From positions 1,950,001 through 1,982,000 of the forward strand of contig NC_004459.3 of the NCBI RefSeq assembly GCF_000039765.1: DNA of 32,000 nucleotides, in the 5' to 3' direction. Source of the DNA: Vibrio vulnificus CMCP6 (lineage in GTDB: Bacteria > Pseudomonadota > Gammaproteobacteria > Enterobacterales > Vibrionaceae). Below, piece by piece: positions 9,973-16,487 of the stretch (position 1 is the stretch's first letter; every line of letters starts with the position of its first letter). A program made the position numbers and the translations under genes. Below the pieces are notes generated by a model. That model had not been told where the DNA came from. It did no database searches and saw nothing but the letters and a program-made list of their open reading frames with translations.

Positions 9973-11289
9973 TTAGAAGCGGTAGTTCGCTTGAACACCA
10001 ATTAGCCACACGTTACCCGTGGTTTCACCGACAAACTGACCGCCAATAGCTTGTGCTTTGTCATCCGATTCGTAACCACGTGATTCCTTAATTGGCGCAT
10101 CTTTCGCAATGATGTAGGTAAAGCCTGCGTCTAGTGTGAAGTTCTGAGTCCAATCGTAAGTTGCACCAACACTCAGCCAAGTACGATCCGTTTCTGGGAT
10201 GGTGATGGTACGGTTTTTGTCGCTCACGGCTGAGGTGTCATAAGCAATACCGGTTCTTAGTGCTAACTTAGGCTGTAATTGGTATGTCGCACCAACGGCA
10301 AAGCGGTAGTTGTCTTCCCAGTTTTCTACTTTCACCATCTGAGTCCCAGCTGTTTCCATATGGGCTTCCAATTTCTCGAAAGAGCTCCAGTCTGTCCAGT
10401 TGAAACTTGCATGCATAGCGATTTTTTCTGTCAACTGGTGGAAACTTGCTAGCTCTGCTGTTGCTGGCAAAGTAAGGTACATGTAACCATTATCGCGTGA
10501 TTTAGGGATAGTCGTACCAAACCCAAACCCAACACCTTCTGCATGACCTTCTAATTTCAGTTCAACTTCAGATTTGTAGGTAAAGCCAACACGGTGATTC
10601 TCATTGATCTGCCACGCAGAACCTACTTGCCAACCCCATGTGGTATCGTCACCTTCCATGTATTTTAACGTGGTGCCTTGTGGTAGGTTGAGGATGTTCG
10701 TTTTTGGTGCTGTAGCGCCAAAGCTACCTTCAGCAATAATGTAGCGAATACCGCCACCAATACTGAACTGTTCATTCAGTTGGTAAGCTAGGTTTAAGTT
10801 CGCTTCTTTACTGATTACGCTGGCTTCATTGCCGAAATGAGAGGCAGCGAAATCTTTGCCTAGGTCAGTTTCCATACCGTAGTTGGTGCCTAGTGCAAAA
10901 CCAATCGCAAGTTGGTCATTGTAACGATGTGAGATGTAAAGGTTTGGAATAACTGCGTCGTGCGCGAAGTCATCAGATGCAGAATCAGTGACTGCAACAG
11001 TTTGTCCGGTTGCTGGGTGTTGAAGCGTAGTGGTGCCTTTAACATCAATATTTGGGTTTACATAAATCGCGCCAACAGATACTTGTGTACCCTCTAGGTA
11101 GGTCAGCATCGCTGGGTTACGCCATTGTGCGCTTGCGTTGTCTGCCATCGCTGCTTCACCAGCGTATGCGCGGCCAAGGCCTGTTGCCGAGTATTCTGCT
11201 AGCTGGAAGCCTGCTGCATTTGCAAGATTTGCACTAGAAAGTAGGCCAAAAGCGACTGCTGTTGATAGAAGAGTCTTGTTGGTTTTCAT
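9973..11289 (-). CDS. fadL: Long-chain fatty acid outer-membrane transporter FadL (paralog 1)
   Basis: About 438 aa from the ATG at 11289 (MKTNKTLLSTAVAFGLLSSANLANA|AGFQL...). It has a signal peptide, the N-terminal hatch AGFQL and an NPA motif (WRNPAMLT), and a C-terminal aromatic beta-barrel end (...NYRF). The track ORF start at 11361 is an upstream extension without a signal-peptide context. Confidence 0.9.
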   Translation of the reverse strand: MKTNKTLLSTAVAFGLLSSANLANAAGFQLAEYSATGLGRAYAGEAAMADNASAQWRNPAMLTYLEGTQVSVGAIYVNPNIDVKGTTTLQHPATGQTVAVTDSASDDFAHDAVIPNLYISHRYNDQLAIGFALGTNYGMETDLGKDFAASHFGNEASVISKEANLNLAYQLNEQFSIGGGIRYIIAEGSFGATAPKTNILNLPQGTTLKYMEGDDTTWGWQVGSAWQINENHRVGFTYKSEVELKLEGHAEGVGFGFGTTIPKSRDNGYMYLTLPATAELASFHQLTEKIAMHASFNWTDWSSFEKLEAHMETAGTQMVKVENWEDNYRFAVGATYQLQPKLALRTGIAYDTSAVSDKNRTITIPETDRTWLSVGATYDWTQNFTLDAGFTYIIAKDAPIKESRGYESDDKAQAIGGQFVGETTGNVWLIGVQANYRF

Positions 11290-11529
11290 TATGTTTGTTC
11301 GCTGAATAAGTGAATATGTGGGGACGAATTGTAGATCTAGAGCAAAAGCTTTAAAAACCAAATGCCAATAAAACAGTGTATTCAGACTAATTAACTATAA
11401 AAACGATACTGGATGATTGAATATGCTATTTGTTATCGGCTTGTTTTGAAATTTGAGCGTACACGCGTGTAATGAAATGGCCAATCCAGCAAACAGTTGT
11501 GCTCTGAAATAGTGAGATATAGAAGGGAA

Positions 11530-11562
11530 AATAAAGAAAAAGGGCTGGTAGACCAGCCCTTT
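11530..11562 (-). terminator. Rho-independent terminator after fadL paralog 2
   Basis: On the minus strand, AAAGGGCTGGT-CTA-CCAGCCCTTT is followed by TTCTTTATTTT, about 30 nt after the stop at 11590. Confidence 0.8.
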
Positions 11563-11589
11563 AGCACAGAGGTTTTCTCTAATTTTCTA

Positions 11590-12816
11590 TTAGAAAGTAC
11601 GGCTATATTGTAAGCCGAACAAGATAGCGTCTGCGTGAGTTGTAGCCGTTAGTGATGACACGCCAGCAGTAGATTCATTAACCTTAACATCGTCACCCAT
11701 CAGGTAGGTAAAACCAAAGTCAATGTTAGACTTAGTATCAATGTGGTAAGTAAAACCAGTAGATAGCCATTGACGATCTGAGTCAGGCACTGAAACTGAT
11801 GTTAGTGAATCTTGTGCACTAGTGTCATACATATAACCCGCACGTAGCGTCCAGTCTTTGTTTAGGTAGTAAGTACCACCAATAGCGTAGTGCCAACCAT
11901 CTTGCCATTCATAAGCTTTGTCGTAGCTTGCACCGATTGCTGGTGAATTGTCTTTTAAGTTACGGAACTCAATTTTATCAAACGTGCCCCAGCCAATGTA
12001 TTGGATAGAGTAGTGAACCGCAAACTTGGTGTCGGTAATTTTGTGGTAACCCGAAAACTCCGCCATATCTGGTAGTGGTAGAGTGATCTTTTGGCCTTTG
12101 TCATCTTCCGCTTCCATTTCTGGGCTGTAGCGGTAAGAGAAACCAAAACGGTTGTTTTCATCTAGTTCAAATACAGTACCCACATTGAAACCAACAGCCC
12201 AGCCGTCTGCTTTGTCTACGTCGACTAAAGTGCCGATTAGAGCATGTTCACGTTTCATTGTGCCTTGGCCGTAGATGATGTCTAAACCAGCACCGAAGCT
12301 CCATTGCTCGTTAAGGCGATATGAACCTGCTAAGCCAAAGTTGGCGCTTTTCACATCCGTCAAGCCGCCGTATTCACGCGCAACGAAACTGTCATCAAAC
12401 TCAGTTTTAGTACCAAAGTTTGAATAAGCATTAACACCCCAAGCAAACTTATCGTTTACTGGCATGATAAAGTGAATATTTGGCGCAATAGAAGTATCAC
12501 CAGCGTCATCATAGTTCGATTCTTTACCCGCTGGAGCTGTTAAGCCTTGGTACCTTGCATCCTTCACTTCAATCATTGAAGTGATGCTTTCAAAACCAAG
12601 CGATAGGGCTTTTTCATCAAAAAGCGCCATAGCGGCTGGGTTACGTGCCATAACGGCGGCGTTATCTGCAATGACTGCATCACCGGCGAATGCGCGGCCG
12701 ATACCTGTTGCAGATTGTGCATTAAGTTGGAAACCTGCTGCCATTGTTTGGCCTGAAGCCAATGCAACAGTCACTGCTAGGAGAGACTTTTTAAACAGAC
12801 GCATGTTCTGAGTCAT
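11590..12816 (-). CDS. fadL: Long-chain fatty acid outer-membrane transporter FadL (paralog 2)
   Basis: About 408 aa from the ATG at 12816 (MTQNMRLFKKSLLAVTVALASGQTMA|AGFQLNAQSATG...). An AAGGAA Shine-Dalgarno sits 8 nt upstream. AGFQL hatch, NPA motif (ARNPAAMA) and C-terminal ...YSRTF are present. The ATG at 12804 is an alternative start; the track start at 12948 is rejected. Confidence 0.88.
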   Translation of the reverse strand: MTQNMRLFKKSLLAVTVALASGQTMAAGFQLNAQSATGIGRAFAGDAVIADNAAVMARNPAAMALFDEKALSLGFESITSMIEVKDARYQGLTAPAGKESNYDDAGDTSIAPNIHFIMPVNDKFAWGVNAYSNFGTKTEFDDSFVAREYGGLTDVKSANFGLAGSYRLNEQWSFGAGLDIIYGQGTMKREHALIGTLVDVDKADGWAVGFNVGTVFELDENNRFGFSYRYSPEMEAEDDKGQKITLPLPDMAEFSGYHKITDTKFAVHYSIQYIGWGTFDKIEFRNLKDNSPAIGASYDKAYEWQDGWHYAIGGTYYLNKDWTLRAGYMYDTSAQDSLTSVSVPDSDRQWLSTGFTYHIDTKSNIDFGFTYLMGDDVKVNESTAGVSSLTATTHADAILFGLQYSRTF

Positions 12817-13051
12817 TTGATTATTCCTTTTTGTTGCCGCCTCTAAATGGGCGTTGTTTTTGAGCAATTGCTCAGTGGTGGCTGATCCTAGTCGTAAGAG
12901 TAGCAGATACAAATCCGACCATTGACCTAAAATGGGTGAAAATTGCAAAACTGGCGGTTATCTGGCAGGAAATGGCGGCTAAAGCGCATAAAATAGAGTT
13001 TTAACTCTACCGATATGAGTTTGGTGAATGGTTCTGTGAGGATTAATAATG

Positions 13052-13088
13052 TAAAAAGCCGCAAGTTAGCAGTAACTTGCGGCTTTTG
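13052..13088 (-). terminator. Rho-independent terminator of the sigma/anti-sigma operon
   Basis: On the minus strand, AAAGCCGCAAGTTA-CTGC-TAACTTGCGGCTTT is followed by a T-run, about 15 nt after the anti-sigma stop. Confidence 0.8.
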
Positions 13089-13103
13089 TCGGCGAAATGC
13101 TGA

Positions 13104-13835
13104 CTAAACGAGAGGTTTAATCATAGGTGCGAGTTTTTCAGCAAATTTCTTGGTGTCTTCGCCATTTTCTCCCACCAAGATCAAGCTGGTATCACCAATA
13201 GGAACGATAATGCCATTCATCCCGTCTTTGGCGAAATCAGCTTCTGCTGGGCTCTTAATTGGGGCGATAAACAGCGTGATCTTGCCTTTATCTCCCTGGA
13301 AAATCATATGCAATGCATTGGCATGGCCAAAACCACAGTGATTCAGGTAATAAACGTGGTATGGGAAGTTTGCATCAAAGTAGTAATCCAGTGGCGATAA
13401 TTTGGCGTTGATCTGTACGGAGGTCACTTGCTCATCGATGTGTCGCACAAAGCCACTTTCTGCGACCACGTGTTTCATTGCCGTATCTGCCAAGCTTGCT
13501 TGTGCAGGTGGCACAATGAGGTTACCCCAGTTAATTTGACCGACCAATAGGCCTGCAGTGAAGGCAAATGAAGCGGCTAGCGCCATTGCTTTACGGACGA
13601 AATTTGGTCTGACAATTTTATCATCACTCGCGTAAGACGTTTGTTTAAACAAGATTTTGTCAACAAGCTCTTCAGGCACATCCACTTTCATTGCTTGTTT
13701 GATTTGCGCATCCAAATCCAGCACATCTTCAGCAAATTTTGCATTGGAATCGCTGCTGTTGAGCGCTTGCAAAACTTCTTCGTCACGGCTTTTCGGGTCC
13801 GACAAAATACGGCGACGAAATTCTAAATCATCCAT
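13104..13835 (-). CDS. Membrane-anchored anti-sigma factor (DUF3379-type)
   Basis: 243 aa. It has an N-terminal cytoplasmic helical region (MDDLEFRRRILSDP...), a single TM helix (AMALAASFAFTAGLLVGQI) and a periplasmic domain of about 140 aa. No HxxxCxxC zinc motif. The start overlaps the sigma gene stop by 8 nt (ATGGATGA). Confidence 0.75.
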   Translation of the reverse strand: MDDLEFRRRILSDPKSRDEEVLQALNSSDSNAKFAEDVLDLDAQIKQAMKVDVPEELVDKILFKQTSYASDDKIVRPNFVRKAMALAASFAFTAGLLVGQINWGNLIVPPAQASLADTAMKHVVAESGFVRHIDEQVTSVQINAKLSPLDYYFDANFPYHVYYLNHCGFGHANALHMIFQGDKGKITLFIAPIKSPAEADFAKDGMNGIIVPIGDTSLILVGENGEDTKKFAEKLAPMIKPLV

Positions 13836-14403
13836 TTTTTTGCCCCCTTTGAGTTTGGTCTGAGTCTAACAGCTCTTTCAACTGATTTCTTGCGCGAAAC
13901 AGACGTGTCATTACCGTATTTTTATTGAGATCAAGGATGTCTCCGATCTCTTCACCGCTAAATCCCCCCACAACTTGGAGAAACAGTGGCTCACGATATT
14001 CCACATCTAACTTCATAATTTGCGCTTGCAACCATTCTTGCTGGTGGTGTTCATCATCAGTGACTTTGGCATCATTGCCATAGTCATCAATATCCACGAG
14101 GTCGAACTGTTTTCTTTCAAAACGACGTGCATTCTCTCGTCTCAAAATCGTAATGAGCCAAGATTTTGCGGCTTTTTCATCTTGTAGGCTATCTAGAGAT
14201 TTCCACGCTCTAAGGCAGGTCTCTTGCACAAGATCTTCGGCAATGGATTGATCTTTGCAAAGCCAGTAAGCGTAACGGTACAAATCTCGATGATAGGCTC
14301 GTACAAGTGCTTCGTATTTTCTTTGTCTGTCCATTTCCGTATTGACCGGAGTGTCAGACGTTTTCTTTCGGAATAATTCAAATATTGCCACAGAAGCCTC
14401 CAT
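13828..14403 (-). CDS. ECF-type RNA polymerase sigma-70 family factor
   Basis: Region 2 (YEALVRAYHRDLYRYAYWLCKDQSIAEDLVQETCLRAW) and region 4 HTH (FSGEEIGDILDLNKNTVMTRLFRARNQL). The ATG at 14403 gives 191 aa, a typical ECF size. The track start at 14469 and the ATG at 14334 are alternatives. Confidence 0.82.
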   Translation of the reverse strand: MEASVAIFELFRKKTSDTPVNTEMDRQRKYEALVRAYHRDLYRYAYWLCKDQSIAEDLVQETCLRAWKSLDSLQDEKAAKSWLITILRRENARRFERKQFDLVDIDDYGNDAKVTDDEHHQQEWLQAQIMKLDVEYREPLFLQVVGGFSGEEIGDILDLNKNTVMTRLFRARNQLKELLDSDQTQRGQKNG

Positions 14404-14827
14404 ACCTGCTCTGTGTGGGAATAGGAATGCATTTTTAATCGTATGATTCCTATCTGTTTTATCAATCAAGCGAGCCCGACACTTAGTCTAACGTAAATAT
14501 TGATAAAAGAAATATTACAATTATCTGTTGTATAACAAACAAGATTTTGATTCCGCTTTAACGTCGGAACCCCTTTGGACCTTATTGTTGAAGAAGAGTT
14601 CTATTTAGCATATCGATAATTTTACACCTAAATGGGACGAAAACTGGGCGTAAAGTGGTGTTAGCGCTCTTTCGTAAGCGAAGAAGGATAGAAATAAAGT
14701 GCAATTTAGATGATAAAGATCAGGGAAAGTCAGGAATAACGCTTTGTATACGCACCAGTTAGCGCTAAATCACCATAAAATTGATCTAATTCAAAATCTG
14801 TAGCGACAAACTGGCTATAGTAAACCC

Positions 14828-14990
14828 TGTCATCTAGTTAACCCTTTGGGTTAGCGTGTTGAGCAAGATGACACTTCCTTTTGAAGGCTGACTTTACTTT
14901 CTCCTAATCAGGAAACTGATTATTTTCAATTGGCGTAAGTTAATTGTTTTATACCAATTCCAACCACACAGTATTGTGTGGTTTTTTTTT
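14828..14990 (+). ncRNA. Candidate small RNA (unnamed); 5' end uncertain
   Basis: A strong plus-strand terminator at 14962-14990 has no plus-strand gene upstream. It is preceded by nested helices: 14828-35/14866-73 enclosing 14837-44/14848-55; AATCAG-GAAA-CTGATT at 14906-21; and 14928-33/14954-59. A TATAGT -10-like hexamer lies at 14816-21, but there is no convincing -35. There is no ORF of 60 aa or more on either strand in 14470-15179. Confidence 0.4.
14962..14990 (+). terminator. Orphan Rho-independent terminator
   Basis: AACCACACA-GTAT-TGTGTGGTT followed by a run of nine T. It is strand-specific, since the minus-strand reading lacks a trailing T-run. Confidence 0.75.
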
Positions 14991-15105
14991 GCCTCTCAAC
15001 TACCTGCCGTTGACATTCTGATTAATAATTGTCTGTAAGTTATTGAAATAAAAATAAGCTTGCAGAGGGATTAGAATAATAGATCTACTAACCTCACGTT
15101 TATTT

Positions 15106-15118
15106 AAACGCATGTTTG
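15106..15118. promoter_or_regulatory. PsrA-like operator candidate upstream of fadIJ
   Basis: AAAC-GCAT-GTTTG fits the published Pseudomonas-type PsrA pattern (C/G)AAAC-N2-4-GTTT(G/C), except for the 5' flank. It lies 62-74 nt upstream of the fadI ATG. Confidence 0.3.
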
Positions 15119-15145
15119 ATAAATTTAACAAACTGATTACAATGC

Positions 15146-15162
15146 ATCAGGTCAGACCTCTT
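15146..15162. promoter_or_regulatory. FadR operator candidate upstream of fadIJ
   Basis: ATCAGGTCAGACCTCTT matches 12 of 14 specified positions of the FadR operator pattern AnCTGGTCnGACnTGTT, with core GGTCAGACC. It lies 18-34 nt upstream of the fadI ATG, next to the GGAG Shine-Dalgarno. Confidence 0.55.
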
Positions 15163-15179
15163 GTTATTAAGGAGAAACA

Positions 15180-16487
15180 ATGGGCAAGCAGGAAGTGAAA
15201 ACACGTCAGGGCGAGCGTGTTGCTATCGTCGCGGGGTTAAGAACTCCCTTCGCTCGTCAAAGTACAGAATTTAGTCAGGTGCCAGCTGTCGACCTAGGAA
15301 AAATGGTTGTTAGCGATTTGTTAGCGCGTACTGATATTGATCCGAAGCTGATTGAGCAAGTGGTGTTTGGCCAAGTAGTTCAAATGCCGGAAGCGCCAAA
15401 CATTGCCCGTGAAATCGTGCTGGGGACGGGGATGAACATTCATACGGATGCCTACAGTGTCACCAGAGCGTGTGCCACCAGTTTCCAATCTGCGGTGAAC
15501 GTGGCAGAAAGTATTATGGCCGGAGCGATTGATATTGGTATTGCCGGTGGTGCGGATTCTTCTTCTGTCTTGCCTATCGGTGTCTCGAAAAAGCTTGCCG
15601 CGAGTTTGTTGGCGTTAAGCAAAACCAAGACGTTGGGTCAAAAACTGAAAGTGCTTTCTGGTTTAGGACTGAAAGATCTCATGCCGGTACCCCCTGCTGT
15701 GGCGGAGTATTCTACAGGGCTTTCCATGGGCCAAACCGCAGAGCAAATGGCAAAAACGCATGGCATCACGCGTGCGGAGCAAGATGCGCTGGCGCATCGT
15801 TCTCACACGTTAGCGTCGCAAGCGTGGCGTGACGGCAAGATTGCCGGAGAGGTGATGACGGCATTCCCAGAACCCTATAAGAAGTGGATTGCGGAAGACA
15901 ACAATATTCGTCATGACTCTACCTTAGAAGGCTATGCCAAACTTCGTCCAGCGTTTGACCGTCAATATGGCAGTGTGACCGCAGCAAACAGTACACCGTT
16001 AACCGATGGTGCTGCTGCGGTGTTGTTGATGCGTGAAGGCCGTGCCAAAGAATTAGGTATGGAGATCCTTGGTTACATCCGTGGCTACGCTTTCTCAGCG
16101 ATCGGCGTTGAGAGCGATATGCTAATGGGCCCCTCTTACGCCACGTCGAAAGTTCTACAAAGTACAGGTTTAGCGCTTTCTGATCTCACTCTTATTGATA
16201 TGCATGAGGCGTTTGCAGCGCAGGCACTGGCGAACGTGAAAATGTTTGCTTCAGATAAATTTGCTCAAGAGAATCTTGGCCGTTCAAAAGCGATGGGTGA
16301 GATTGATATGGACAAGTTTAATGTGCTCGGCGGTTCCATTGCTTATGGTCACCCTTTTGCTGCAACGGGCGCACGCATGATGACGCAAACGTTGCGTGAG
16401 TTGAAACGTCGTGGCGGTGGCTTAGCGCTGAACACGGCTTGTGCGGCTGGTGGTCTGGGTGCTGCGATGATTCTGGAGGTTGAATAA
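15180..16487 (+). CDS. fadI: 3-ketoacyl-CoA thiolase FadI (anaerobic beta-oxidation beta subunit)
   Basis: 435 aa thiolase with active-site Cys context [11 protein letters not shown] and a C-terminal [21 protein letters not shown] Shine-Dalgarno lies 6 nt upstream. It is followed by an overlapping fadJ. Confidence 0.93.
   Translation: MGKQEVKTRQGERVAIVAGLRTPFARQSTEFSQVPAVDLGKMVVSDLLARTDIDPKLIEQVVFGQVVQMPEAPNIAREIVLGTGMNIHTDAYSVTRACATSFQSAVNVAESIMAGAIDIGIAGGADSSSVLPIGVSKKLAASLLALSKTKTLGQKLKVLSGLGLKDLMPVPPAVAEYSTGLSMGQTAEQMAKTHGITRAEQDALAHRSHTLASQAWRDGKIAGEVMTAFPEPYKKWIAEDNNIRHDSTLEGYAKLRPAFDRQYGSVTAANSTPLTDGAAAVLLMREGRAKELGMEILGYIRGYAFSAIGVESDMLMGPSYATSKVLQSTGLALSDLTLIDMHEAFAAQALANVKMFASDKFAQENLGRSKAMGEIDMDKFNVLGGSIAYGHPFAATGARMMTQTLRELKRRGGGLALNTACAAGGLGAAMILEVE

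Noticed and set aside
11290-11361. Upstream extension of fadL paralog 1 in the ORF track (start 11361).
   Set aside because: The signal peptide begins at the ATG at 11289 (MKTNKTLL...). The extension (MVFKAFALDLQFVPTYSLIQRTNI) would bury it.
12817-12948. Upstream extension of fadL paralog 2 in the ORF track (start 12948).
   Set aside because: The signal peptide and an AAGGAA Shine-Dalgarno support the ATG at 12816. The extension covers promoter-like sequence, including the 14-bp palindrome.
12994-13009. TAGAGTT-TT-AACTCTA inverted repeat followed (minus strand) by TTTT, considered as a second tandem terminator after the sigma operon.
   Set aside because: The stem is AT-rich with a 2-nt centre and thermodynamically weak. 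The strong terminator at 13052-13088 already explains termination.
14421-14453. Inverted repeat ATAGGAAT-N17-ATTCCTAT just upstream of the preferred ECF sigma start.
   Set aside because: 8-bp arms with a flexible spacer are expected about 10 times by chance in this window. The 17-nt loop makes a poor hairpin.
14660-14856. Three copies of GTTAGCG (two extended to GTTAGCGCT, one forming the palindrome TTAGCGCTAA) spaced about 95 bp apart in the long spacer.
   Set aside because: A back-of-envelope expectation gives about 1 repeated 9-mer pair and about 0.2 triple 7-mers in 700 bp. This is not clearly above chance, and no known motif is recognised.
14911-14939. ECF-like promoter motif GGAAAC-N17-CGTAAG on the plus strand next to the ECF sigma gene.
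   Set aside because: It lies inside the predicted sRNA hairpins and would yield only a transcript of about 45 nt. The GGAAAC is also the loop and stem of the AATCAG-GAAA-CTGATT hairpin. A single motif match without comparison is not enough.
14590-14960. Possible CsrB-like GGA-motif sponge RNA in the long spacer.
   Set aside because: There are only about 5 GGA motifs in about 330 nt, equal to random expectation. Only one sits in a hairpin loop.
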